A stretch of DNA of 64,000 bases from Octopus vulgaris (GCA_951406725.2 OX597816.1:88350001-88414000), one strand, 5' to 3'. Counted from the first letter of the stretch, positions 1 through 12,886 are shown. Numbers and translations: made by a program. Notes: generated by a model not told the origin, from the sequence alone.

Positions 1-885
1 ACATCACTTTGAGATCCTGTTTGATTTTTATCACAAAGAGGACACCAGTTGACCAGACCGTGGAGAAAACTTAAGTAATTAAATATAGTGACTTTGCTCA
101 ACCGATTTTCATCAATAATGCTATTTTGGTGATTTATTGAATTGACTATATTGATTATGCACGAAACAGCGCCAATTGTTCACTATATCTAAAACATAGT
201 GCGAAGTGCATTTTTCTTTCGCAACAAACTAGACTGTAACCTCATTGTGGCAGATGCAAACAGATTTTCTTTTCCCTTGTGTCAAACGAAATATAAGACT
301 GGTCAAATTGATTCATTTTTCTGTTCACATAGAGGAAAGTGAAGACATTTCTTTATGATTGTTACAATCTGGCGACAACTAAAGTGTATTACAAAAGGAA
401 AAAAGTTTATTATGCATTACACTACAGATATAATAATAGATGACTTCATCCTAAATATATTAAGTCAGGTTATGACGTCTTAAATGCTTTTGATCATACA
501 TCTGTTGCAAGTGAGTTGAGAGTAGTTTCAAAACAAAGATGCTAACAGTGACACGGACTACCTATCTAACCCAAGCATAAGAGCGCAACGCAGGCAGAAA
601 GATATGAATCATTGAATGTACAATAATCTAGTTATTCTTTTACTGTTGGCTCTAAACTAACGAAAGATTCGTGGATCCATCTTTCTAGATTAATGAGCTT
701 TATCAGTATAAGCCGGCAATTGAGCCAGACTGTATTATTTAACTTATTCGAGCATAGGTAGAGATTTTTGATAAACTAGTAGCACGATTAGAAAATAGTT
801 TGTATCTACAAATTTACATTAGTCACATCGTTTATGATGTACAAGCACGCATATGCATTAACAGATCTTTACGTACAGTACTCTA

Positions 886-923
<38 letters not shown>

Positions 924-1276
924 TACATATGCACATACGCATAGATAGATGCACACACATATACATATATGATATGTACATGTGTGTGTGTGTACACATA
1001 TACAAATAAAATTATACATTTACACCTATACACACACATAAACAAGCCACTCATAGAATCCTGGATAAAAAATTAATATACGCGTATGCGAACGCGTATA
1101 TAGCCGCACGTACGCTGATTTATTAGTAAGCAATCTGGTACACATCGAGCCAGATATACATACGAGTTAAAATAAGCATATTTAGCAAAAATAACACATG
1201 CACACAGCAGTACATACATATGAGCACATAAGCACATCTCATGAATACACACACAAACACAGGCATACATATGAAC

Positions 1277-1315
<39 letters not shown>

Positions 1316-1318
1316 GTA

Positions 1319-1357
<39 letters not shown>

Positions 1358-2014
1358 AAAATGTTATTTTCGCTTAATATTCATATTTCATACGGGAGGT
1401 TATTTAAGAATAAATGAAATTAAAATATTGATTACTGATACAAAATTCTCAAAAGAAACAGAGATAAACTAATTAGTTTCTAATTATCTTATTTTCCATT
1501 AACAAGTTTATATTATTACCTTAATTCAGTTTTCTGCATTAATGACGAACGATATATTTATCATGAAATTATATATATATTTTTGTCATATATATTTATG
1601 AATTTATTTTTCTTAATATGATATTTCGAAATACATTTAATATGTTTTCATATGTTTGAAAAATTATATTTTAATAAAGAGAAATTGTTGGTAAACAAGT
1701 GTACGAGATGTAGGCGCGTTGTTTGGCAATGTCCATCAAAGATTTACATCATTTTAAACTACATCTTGATACACGAACTAAGTAATGTGTACACAAACAA
1801 ACACACACATACACACATGTATATATACACACACATATATATACACAAAAATGCACATATATGTATACATACATATATACACGTTTATAGGCATACTCAG
1901 AAACACGACATAAGATATTGTAAAAGAACAACAATTAACTAGGTATACATACATGCCTATAAATATACAAGAGTGCGCGCGCGTGTGTGTATGTGTGCGT
2001 ACGTGCGCGCATCT

Positions 2015-2143
2015 GTATGTACATATATATATATATGTATATATGAACGTATGTATATACATATATATACATACATATATATATATACATACGTAGATAT
2101 ATATATATATACATATATATACATATATATATATACATACGTA

Positions 2144-2221
<78 letters not shown>

Positions 2222-2376
2222 CATACATACATACATACATACATACATACATACATACATACACATACATACATACACATATCTACATACATATATATAC
2301 ATACACATATATACATATATATATATATACATACACACATATACATACACACATATACATACACACATATATATAT
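2015..2376. repeat. Compound (TA)n/(TACA)n microsatellite
   Basis: Direct inspection. Confidence 0.95.
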
Positions 2377-3059
2377 CTTGTATTTCAGGATGTTCATTTC
2401 ATTTATTCTTTTTTCTTTGACAAATAAACACACGCACTATTAATTATTTCTTTACTCGTTTTTTACTCTTCTTATTTTACTATTTTAACTTATGTCCATC
2501 GTCCGGATATCTTTCCTCACACATCTGTTACCTCTTAGCGATACTTTTCGTTTCCTTTTGTGTTCTTGCTCCACTTCAGTCTGTTCTTCTAAAATATGTA
2601 TCCTTATGTGCGCATGTGTTTACGTCCTTGTTTGCGTGTGTGCGCGCGCGCAAGTGTATGTGTGTGTGTGTGTGTGCGTGTCATAGATTTTAGCAGCAGT
2701 GAGGCTTTCCCCTCAGACCCATCCTCTCACGCCTATGTGCTACAGCTGTCCCAAGAGCCGCGAAAAAATGTTACAGTTCCTGTATTCCTCTACATACGTG
2801 TGTTCGCCCACGGTGTTGGCATCGTTGTAGTTGTTGCTGTGGCTATTGGCATCGTTGGCACCGCCGCTGCTACTGACCGTGTCAGTTGTGTTATGGCTGT
2901 CCATGGAGTTTCATGTATGCGTGTTTGAGCGTGTGTATTGGTTCGCTTCGTATGTATCCGTGCCCTTTATATAGTTTTATTTATTTTATCTATGTCTTAC
3001 ACATATCACAGGTATGTGGCAAATATATTTAAATCAGGAATCTTACAAAACGAATTGAT

Positions 3060-3410
3060 ATATATATGTTGTTGTATTTAGGAATGGTCATTTTGCCAGT
3101 TTAGCCAATAAAAACACACGCCCTATATATTTGGTGTTACTTTGCTTCAGCGTTATTTATTTTTTACATTAATCTTAATCTTATTTCGGCCAGAGTTCTT
3201 TCGTCACACTTCTGTGACCTCATCAGTGGTCCTTTGCTTTCTTCTTTCTTATTTGTGTGCCTCTCCTTACTAACGGTCAGCCATTTTGTATTTTGTATTC
3301 CTATTGTATGTGTCTTCATTTGCGCATGCGTATACCTCTATGTGTGTCTACGTTTAGTTAGTGTGTATGTGGGGGAAATGCTTGTAATATTTTGTATCTC
3401 CTGTTTATAT
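3060..3410 (-). mobile_element. Probable Penelope-like pseudo-LTR fragment carrying the hammerhead
   Basis: Non-coding block between a short (TA)n and a (TAA)n run that contains a minimal hammerhead. Assignment to Penelope-like elements is inference from the known pLTR-hammerhead association. Confidence 0.45.
3188..3232 (-). ncRNA. Minimal type I hammerhead ribozyme (Penelope pLTR-type)
   Basis: Minus strand reads GGACCA-CUGAUGA-G-GUCACA(GAAG)UGUGAC-GAAA-GAAC-UC-UGGCC. Catalytic boxes CUGAUGA and GAAA are intact, stem II is 6 bp, stem III is minimal (A-U, G-C), the cleavage triplet is CUC, and stem I is CCA/UGG. Confidence 0.75.
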
Positions 3411-3412
3411 AA

Positions 3413-3444
<32 letters not shown>

Positions 3445-3823
3445 TAATAATAATAATAATAAAGATGATAAAATAATAATAATAATAATAAGTTGGTGTA
3501 AACACATGAACAAAATAAAATATAAACAAAAAGAAAAATAAACAAAAACAAAAACAAGTTATACGAACGTATATACAAGGATGGGTCATTCGAAGCCTTT
3601 TATCTTCAGTCAAGAACCAGATCATCGTCGCAATTTCGGCTGATTAATCTGGAGATTGCTTCAAGGAAAAACTAAGCTAAGAGAATTAGATTCCTTGGAA
3701 AAAAGCATCGAATGTATACGAAAACAAGGACGGAAAAACAGACGATGTTACATTGCTTCCCTCTGCCGTAAAGCAGAGGGAACAATATCGATGTAGCAGT
3801 GACCGTGGTCAGACGCAAACGGG

Positions 3824-3866
<43 letters not shown>

Positions 3867-3869
<3 letters not shown>

Positions 3870-5059
3870 GGAAGCAATGTGCCGTTTCGGCAAGCCAACT
3901 CTCTATATATGGGATCTTCCATTTCGGGACAATGAATGATGGGTTGATGTACATTTAAGAGGAATGTCGAGTTAAAGGTAGTTTGATATTTGCATTGTTC
4001 TAAGTTATGTTTTATGTTGTTCAGTGGTAGCAATGAGGGTACTTTTTGTATGGATCTGTGTGTGTATGATTTTCTAGTTGGTAGTGAGTGTGTGTTCCTT
4101 GTGATTTGCATAAATGGTTGCTGATAGCTCGTTGGATCTCGTTCATGTTTATGTTATTTGGTGTTATGGTTTTTCCATAGCTCTGTCTTCGTTGTTTAGT
4201 TGTAGGAGGTGAAATGTGGTTGTATCTTGTTTTTGTAGTCGTCGTAGGTCTCCTCTGTTGCTGTTTATATTTATTTTTCGATCGTTTTGTACTCTTCAGA
4301 TGGTGGTAGTTGCATTCTGGGATCAAGCACATCCATAGTGACACAGAAGTTTGGCACATTTGAGGATGGAAGAAGGTGCATCCATTGCCTTTTGTGCATC
4401 CATATTTAGGATCAGGGTGGTGTATTCTGTATTTAGGACAGAATTTGGGGTGGAGGTGAGGGCAGTTTTTTCCCGTTATACCTATTTCTTTATTTCCCAC
4501 AAGGGGCTAAACACTGAGGGGACAAACAAGGACAGACATAGGTATTAAGCCGATTACATCGACCCCAGTGCGTAACTGGTACTTAATTTATCGACCCCGA
4601 AAGGATGAAAGGTGAAGTCGACCTCGGCGGAATTTGAACTTAGAACGTAACGGCAGACAAAATACGGCTACGCATTTCACCCGGCGTGCTAACGGTTCTG
4701 CCAGCTTGCCGCCTGATTTTTCCCGTTATACCATGTGGACAGGTGCTCTTAACAAGTCTACGGTATAAGGTAGGATGGGAAATAGCACAGCGTCTTTGTT
4801 GTTGGTGCCGCTGGGGACAAATCTACAGTTACCTTGAGAATGGTAACGACAGGGTTGTTGACGTGGGCATAGTAGAGGTTTTTCTATACTGGCAGGCTCG
4901 TTAGTCAGTGGTCCTATTGCAGTAGCAGTAGCAGGCTGTTGTTGTTGTGATAGTGAGTCCTGGCTTGCCACGGTAGTGTTGGGTGGAATTAGGTCAGATA
5001 GCGATATCAATGAGGATGCTGCTTGACACTGGCTAGCGGGTCGTTGAAGTGACCCCTGA

Positions 5060-5061
<2 letters not shown>
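3867..5061 (-). mobile_element. Internal fragment of a non-LTR retrotransposon (CR1/L2-group-like): ORF1 with tandem CCCH-like zinc fingers plus the start of the ORF2 endonuclease, interrupted by a SINE
   Basis: After SINE removal and one frameshift the minus strand reads CRYHSQGNCRF...RCAISH, YRRLVKSTCPHGITGKNCPHLH, CPKYRIHHPDPKYGCTKGNGCTFFH, CQTSVSLWMCLIPECNYHH. Downstream, TFLLN...KWKIPYI/RELACRNGTLL resembles an APE endonuclease N-terminus. Flanked by (TA)n on both sides. Confidence 0.6.
4483..4716 (-). mobile_element. tRNA-derived SINE (family A) with 16-bp TSD
   Basis: Head GGCGGCAAGCTGGCAGAACCGTTAGCACG with B-box-like GTTCAAATTCC on the minus strand. TSD TTTTTCCCGTTATACC at 4467-4482 and 4717-4732. 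Many diverged copies elsewhere in the window. Confidence 0.9.
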
Positions 5062-5106
<45 letters not shown>

Positions 5107-5109
5107 ATG

Positions 5110-5310
5110 AGTGTGTGATGTGTTTGCTTCTCACCATCGCTTGACAACTGGTGTTAGTTTGTTTAAGTGCCCTTGAACATAGCGTTTCGGCAAACTGAGA
5201 GGGATATAATAAGTACCAGGCCTTAAACAAATATAAACTTTTTCCAACTAAGGTATTCAATGCGGTACCCCAGAATGGCCGTCGTGAAAATTCCTTAAAC
5301 AAGTAAAAAA
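5110..5310 (+). mobile_element. SINE family B, 3' half
   Basis: CATCGCTTGACAAC...GGTGTT...TTCGGCAAA...AATAAGTACCAGG...GCGGTACCCCAGAATGGCCG matches the 3' half of the copy at 58210-58560. Confidence 0.7.
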
Positions 5311-5332
5311 AAAAAAAACAGTAGATATTCAT

Positions 5333-5540
5333 TTAGTTGTTTCAATCATTTGACTGCGGCTATACTGGAGCATCGCCTTTAATCGAACAAGTCGATACCA
5401 GGGCTTATTCTTTGTAAGCTTAGTTTCTTATTCTATCTGTCTTTTTGTTTATCTACTAAGTTGCGGGAACGTAAACTCATCAACATCGGTTGTCAAGCGA
5501 TGATGGTGGTGCTGGTGGACAAACACTGACACACACACAC
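5333..5540 (-). mobile_element. SINE family B, 3' half (inverted relative to the adjacent copy)
   Basis: Reverse complement matches 58380-58560 (CATCGCTTGACAACCGATG, GAATAAGCCCTGG, GCTCCAGTATAGCCGCAGTCAAATGA). Confidence 0.8.
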
Positions 5541-5949
5541 ATCATATATATATATAATGTACTTACAAATGTAAATATATTAGATAAGGTACAATATTTA
5601 AAGACAAAACAGTAATATATTATACATTAAATACATTACATACTTCAAGAAATATAGTACAATTTATTATATAAGAAACGAAAGAATCAAGAAAGCAAGA
5701 TATTCAAATTATATATCTAACTACTCTCTTTCTCTCTCTCTCTCTCTGTTCCTCTCTCAATTTCTCTCTTTACGGTCTCTCATTGAAAAGGTATTGTCCA
5801 AAGTCATGTTAACTGCATGAACACACAACGATATTTCAAGTCAGTTCACTCTGTAGATAGATGCCAGCCTCTATTATCAAATTTATTGGTGTAAAAATCT
5901 GAAACAGGTGTCACATTACAAGTGTTGCGTAAACCCGTAATCTGAACTA

Positions 5950-6410
5950 TACATAATCTATGAGTCTCAGGTTGCATAAATTTAAGACAGTAATTTTTAG
6001 TTGCTTATAACGCCCGGCTAAAAAGCACCTGCACTCTCGTATCAGATTATGCAATAACAAATAAAAGAATGAGTATATAATAAATAATGAATAATGAGTT
6101 ATCTGAAACATATGCTTCAATAAATACATGTGTCGCTGTATAAGTTTAATAAATTCTTCTGAAACAATGTAAAAATGAAGCCAAACTTTATTGGGTATAT
6201 AGTGAGAAAATTCCTAGAATCTCTAGCTAGTATTGGTGTACATATAAACGGTAACTTTAATACCATAATTCGTAGGATCCTGATTACAGTTAAGCTGAAA
6301 GGAGAATGGCTAGAACAAATCAGCTTCATTTATAATAACCCAGGAGAAACTAGGAAGCTACTAAATGTCAAAACTGAGGAAGGCTGGAAAGCCCGAATTA
6401 TATGAGTAAG
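5950..6410 (+). mobile_element. Decayed Penelope-like 3' end (GIY-YIG remnant plus decayed hammerhead)
   Basis: Fragments RPAKKHLHSRIR (cf. GQTKRHLHTRIKEH) and YIVRKFLESL..HIN (cf. RxFLES..I..N) are followed on the same strand by CUGAGGA-A-GGCU(GGAA)AGCC-C-GAAU-UAUAU at 6374-6404. Confidence 0.4.
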
Positions 6411-6694
6411 TGAACCTTTGCGGTACGAGAATGGAAATCGGGTGTGGGATGACAATTACATACTTGATATAGAACAACCACACTGCTTAAAAATGCAGAG
6501 ACCAAAGCAGGATTTTGAATGACATTAATATAAAGAAACATATATGTAACCTACGTTTGCAAAATTAAATATGCATGCGTCAGGAATAGATAGACCTTTC
6601 TTAGTTCAAATCCTGTTTGCTATTGTAAATATATCCAGGAATTAAACCGAAGGAAAGTTAGTGTAGATGTATACATTAACAAGAAAGACAAAAT

Positions 6695-6905
6695 TGGTTT
6701 AAATTTTGGCACAGAGCCAGTAAATTTGGGGTGGGGTAAGTCGATTAAATTTATCCCAGTGTTCAACTGATACTTATTATATCGATCCGAAATGATGAAA
6801 GGCAAAGTCGAGCTCTGCAGAATTTGAACTTAGAACATAAAAGTGGAATAAATGCCGCCAAGCATTTAGTGTGGCAGTCTAACGATTCTATTAGCTCGAC
6901 GCCTT
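6695..6905 (-). mobile_element. SINE family A copy
   Basis: Colinear with 4483-4716 (GATGAAAGGCAAAGTCGA, GAATTTGAACTTAGAAC, CTAACGATTCT..AGCTCG..GCC). Confidence 0.8.
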
Positions 6906-6998
6906 AAGCGTAACATTGACTGAATGACAAGGGAAACTGTATTTATACAATGAAATTCAACTTACATTTGTTCCTGCAATTAGAAGCAGTGTGCTGAG

Positions 6999-8100
6999 AT
7001 CTGAGTACTTGGGTATCATCTTATAGCTTCCTCAGAGTTGATTGTATGATACCTGTTCTCCTGTTATTCAATTCATATATATTTATACATAACCATGTGT
7101 GTGTGTATTAGTTTATGTCATTATATTAACAGTATCCACTGTTTAATGTGCAATATTCTTGTGTGAAATACCAAATATATATTCACGAATATTACAACTG
7201 TATTGCTTTCGTTTACTTTTGTTGTACTGGCTTCTTTTGCAATTCTTTCTTTCTGTACAAACATAAGCAATTTGGTTTGTAACAAAAGTCGGCAATATTC
7301 ATTTATTTATTATATGTATTGCCTGTATATGCGTATGTAAGCTTCTACACAAACAGAGACAGACAGTGAGGGATGCGTTCTTTGTAGTTTGTGAGTTTCT
7401 GTATATATCTGAGTGCATGCTGTAATGTTTATGTGCGTATATGCATGCATTAATAGTTTGGTTGCCTTGTGCATCTATAAACTATAGATGGTATGATACT
7501 GGCCTTCAAAATCTTCTTATCTTCGAATTGATATATATATATATATCCCTAATTTTTTAATGCATTTTTCTATATTTCTTTGCAGAAGCCGATCCTTTTT
7601 TACAATCGGCTCTTCTCCGCTTGATGTGTTCTTGAGTGATGCTTCGTTAGAAGAAATGAGTAGCATGGAATATTGAATTCCCATCGAATCCTCATCCATG
7701 TGTAATAGAACCAATCCGGATCTTCATGTTATTATAGTTTGGATGCCAAGAATAAGATATTTCTTGTTCAGGGTGAATAATTGAGGCATGTGATAGGTAT
7801 ACATTACTGCTTTCGTTCTTTATTCTTTGTTCTATTTTCCTATAATGCTTCTGCCAGCAGAACATCGTACACTTTAGTTCTATCAATAGATCTAAGTACA
7901 ATATCATTTCTTTATTTTTATGCTCAGAAATTACTGACCAACGTAAAATCCCCGAGTTTATAATTTTATATGACGAACGATCGAATATTAGACAAGGGTA
8001 CACTATATTCTAAAGAGTCTTGAAAGACTGATGCCAAGTTTAAGTTCGATTGCTATAGATCGATATACCCGTCTAATCTATGTTATTGATTTGTTTGATA
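6999..8100 (-). mobile_element. Decayed Penelope-like element (RT C-terminal remnant, decayed hammerhead at the 3' end)
   Basis: ORF 7692-8003 contains EHKNKEMILYLDLLIELK...KHYRK (cf. Penelope RT E.ENN.LPFLDVLI...VYRK). At 6999-7039 the minus strand reads CUGAGGA...AUACCC-AA-GUAC-UC-AG, with the palindromic AGUACU stem III. Confidence 0.45.
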
Positions 8101-11100
8101 TTTCTAGCATAGGGGTAAATATTCTTTTACTTTTCTTATAACTCCAAATAAATCAACGATGCTTTAGAGAAACGTTAAATGTATTCCAGCATTTGTTTCG
8201 TACTCTATCTAATTCACCCCCGTGTGACAAAAAGTAAACCAATGGGATTTGAATTTAGGCATAAAAGGCTGTAACTAAAACGTGTATGCAGTTGTATGAC
8301 ATTCTAATAACCTTGCAAAACCTGTTTCTTCCTTCCAGTTAATCAAATTAAGTAGCTAAGCACTAATCGAAATAAACTCTATAGTTCATTTGGACTCTAC
8401 ATCTTGCAATGTCACATTCTAATACCATATTATGAGAACCATTTTGTGTTTAATTTGATGAAAAACGCGAGTAACCAGTTAGTGAACTTGTTTGATTTTA
8501 CTTTAACTATACGGTATATTGCTGCCTACATATCTTTTCAGTAAGACACTGCTTAAATAATAACTGAGTAGCAGGTGTAGTGCAAAATAAAAATGCATTT
8601 GTAATGTAGCTGGAAAGGCATGTGCATTCTTAGATTAAAAATTAAGTTCTTTAATTCAAATCCAATCCGATAACATACATATTCAGGAATAAGACTCCTG
8701 ACGACAAATATTTCACTTCTTTCAGTCATTAGACTGTGGCCATGCTGGGGCCGACTTTACAATTGAAGACCAAACACATCGAAATCTAATGCAAATGTAA
8801 ATATTTAAAAAGTGCTATATTTCTAATTATAATTACATAGGTTGAGAACCTATATAATTATACACGTAGTTACTTGTTTTCTCTGTAGCTTAGCATTAAG
8901 CTATAATTCTGAATACAAATTACTCCTACTCTCTCCTTCTCTCTCTCTCTCTCACTCTCTCTCTCTCTCACTCTCTCTCTCGTTAGATTCTTCTTCCTAC
9001 ATCAGGAGAAAGCTGAATCATCTGTCTGAGAAAGCTTGGATAATTTCTGATGTCACCATTCACCTACTCAGTGTAATTCTTCTTTGATACATTATTTAGA
9101 ATTTGCTGTACAGTATTTCTAATATTCTGCTGCCATATTTATAGCCTTTTATCACTTCCACCATATTGACCATGCATTTATTATCATCGCATGTTATATG
9201 TTGATAGAATCTCAAGAAGTGAATGGAAACCTGAAAGAATGAATGATACAATATTTGATCTTCTATCTACAGTGATTAACACATTTCTACAAGTGTAATC
9301 ATCAAAAGACCAAAGAGTATTCATATAAAAGAGAGATTGTTGTACAGCTATTTGTTTTTCCTGTTACTGGTGTCACTATTTTGCCCTTACTAGTCATCTC
9401 TGATAATACAAGTTATAATTCCTGTAATAAAGTCGATTAACAAGATAATTGGTTTTCTTAATTCTATTGACACAGTTTCTTCCTTGTTGACTTGTCAAAT
9501 TAACATGTAATTATATTATCAGTCGTTTCTCCTGATCTGAGTTTTGAGATGAAAAATTAAAAAAAAAGAAGAATGGAAACATACAAAAAAAAAAGGAAAC
9601 AACAAGAAATACATGATTAGGATTATTTTTCCCATTCTCAAAAGCAACCAAAAATATCAATGTTTAAATGTTTATGTTTTATTATTTAATATTTGTTTAT
9701 TTATCTTGCTAGCTAGTTAGTTATTTCAGCCGTGGTGTTCAATTTGCAGCCACTCTTGATAATTGTTTTTCTTTTTTCTTTTTTTCATCTGTACTTAACT
9801 TACTGATCAAATGGATTTTAATTAAACGTTAAAAATTAATAATTTAGAGATGTATTAGAAAGGAAATCTTCAGAGACATTATTTTACAAGTCTTTTCTCC
9901 CAATACATTTTGGCAATGAATGAAAGTCAGAGCCCACCATATTCCTCTCCCTTAAAAACAATGTATTGATTTTCCCATTTCTGAAACGAATAACCATATT
10001 TCATTTATCCCATCAAATGTGAAAAATAGAAAAAGAAATCTTTGCTTTGATTTTTGTCTAATTAGAATTAATCACCGAAAGGATTAACTCGGTAAAATGC
10101 TGCAGAGAAAAAATATTTATAAAATGTATGCCACTTTCAAGCTCAGTAAAAAAATAAAGTAACTTGTGAATCGGATGTACGCTGTGAACACCCTATGCTA
10201 GTGGTCATATTTTGCATACGATAATTGCCTCTCTTTTGTGAACAAAAACTTAGGGAACACATACATGTATCACATACATGCATATACACAAACTTTTTGT
10301 TTTTATGCCTCCTTTCTGCAATTTTAAAGGGCAGATGTTTGCATAAGTTTCGACAAGGGCATTTTCTCGCTGTTTGTATTTGGGTAAGTCAAGCTGTTAT
10401 TGGAATATGTGCTGTAGTGTATCCTGTGTTATTGCTTACACGGCTAATTACTTTTTATAGTGTCTTGCCACTTACTATGTAGTTTATGTTGGATACAAAT
10501 GTTTGGTAGCTTTCTTTTTACCTATTGTGTAATTATTTTTATTAGTTTCTTGCTTAATTTCTTTACGTTGAGTTGTGATACTGCAGTATTCATAAATGAT
10601 GTATCGTGATTGAGTAGTCTCTGCTGTTATTCTCAGCTTTGTAATTTAAGCTATGTAATTAAAGAGGCATTTTTATGTTATCTAGAAATATTTGATAGCA
10701 TCTAAAAATATTTCTTTGGATCTATGAATTGCAGGATCTACCTTGGAGATTGCAGCGTTTTATACTTCAAATTTCGCTTCCGTTTCTTAAGGGAAATGAT
10801 TTTTACGGGACATTTTTAAAGTTTCTAAGTGCTTTGTTTTCGACATATTTGTCAGAGTTTGTTGGCATGAAGATGAGAAGTTTGTCCGAGAGAGGTGGCT
10901 ATATATGTCATAAATAGTGGTAGATAGATTGTGCGGCAGAATCTAGTCATGTACGCTGTAAAGGAGTTAAGAAGTTAAGATATAATGCAATTTTTGACTA
11001 CTGGTGTTATCTATACAGTTATTATACCTTGATGTACTGTGTATATGAACATTTTCACCAACGTTTATGTTTAGGTGCATATTAAACTGTTATCTTTGTT

Positions 11101-12826
11101 GTGTGTAACTAGGTGGTACATTCAATGAGAATACATGCATTTATTGCGTCTATCTGTTTCCTTTTGTTGGCTCTGCTCAGAATATTTTGAGCAGTTATTT
11201 GTTAAGCCTATTTAGTTTCCAGCACGATGTGAATGTGACGATGACGTATATTTCATCCCACAAATGTTCTTCTGGCCCTTGTTTAATATATTTAGTAAGA
11301 ATAAAAGAACAAGTAAAAGAATTAAATTTTGTGTCTGTCTTATTGACATGGGGTATCGAAGGTACTTTTGTTGTTGATGTGTATTTTTCTTTGAAGTGTA
11401 TGTATTTATTTCTAATGGTTAAATTTAATGTAGAAATAGAAATGTGAGAAAGTAGATATGGCAGCAACATAGACTTTCATGTTATACGTCTTCTAATTTG
11501 AATTGTTTTTATGTGAAATTTTTTTAATGCTTTGTCTTCTTTATTTATATGTGTTTCAGTATATTGCTGATATCATCTTACAGTTCAAACAATTTTGTTT
11601 GCCATTTCATACACAGCCGTCAATTTCAGACTGTTACTATAGTAGATGTTTAACTGCACCTAGTTGTTCGGTTTATTCATATTCAGTTCTATTATGGTTA
11701 ATTTAGAGTTAAACAATGACAACAACAACATGAAAAATAACAGCAGAAATATTGACCACACTGTGGAGTATGTACTTACCTAACATAAGTCTGCTAATTC
11801 CTCTTCAAAGAAAGCTGTAACTTCAAACTTTAAAGTAATTTTTTTTAACTGAGTCAATAAACATTATATGTAAAACCGGCCTGAAAATATAATGGACAAA
11901 TAGGTATGACGCACAACAAAAGAATGAGAGTACATTGGTAACAAACCTGAGAGGCATTCCCCTGAGAGTTAAAGTACCGAAAATTATTGGAGCAGGTCTT
12001 TTGAAAATGCCCAGTCTTGTCATCAAACAGATCAACAGCAATGGAAGGATATACAATACATTTTACTGACAAATACAATTCAAAACTTAATGCTTTATAC
12101 TTAAATTAGCACACAACTCTGATTATATTCCTGTATACAGAAAACATATACACTGATTAGACGATTTGGGGATACCATACACCCTTTTGGTAAAAAGAGG
12201 TATTTGTTACGTTATAATTTTTTGATATTGAAATTAAACACCCTTCTTTCTCTTAAAAGCTCTTATATAGTCTGCATAAAAAAAATATTACTTGCTGTAC
12301 ATAATAGGCAATATATACCCTTATTGAAATACGTGAAACACCTAAGCTAAGAGTCCCTTGTCTTCGACATGTCATAGGCAACATCGTTATTTGAAGCTAA
12401 TCTCAGGAGATTCCTCAAGTTTGCTAAAAGTTACATAGAAGAACATGAATTAAACTTTCATAAGCGTGAACCGGTTAGTAAAATGTGATTTTCGTTTTTC
12501 TGTAAAAACATTTTTGATAAAAAAAACATTCACTAATATTCTTGCACTAAATTTATCATATGAAATCATTTCTTATGCGAAAACAATTTTGTATCTTTCA
12601 TTTCGTATGTGTGCGTGTTTGTGTATGTGTGGGAATGCATGTAGAAATATCTCTTATCTTAAAAATTGACTTACAGATGCACACACATACACACACAGAT
12701 ATGTATATAAATACTGGCCTACTCACTTACTTAATGGAGCGGCATCATTCAATAACTAAAATGATGCAAAGGGCATTGTGAACAGCGATGTATAACATCA
12801 TCTGATAAACTGGTCGATCACATGAT

Positions 12827-12886
<60 letters not shown>

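Noticed and set aside
10400-11500. Strand-biased block suggestive of an old retroelement
   Set aside because: No recognisable protein motif could be read.
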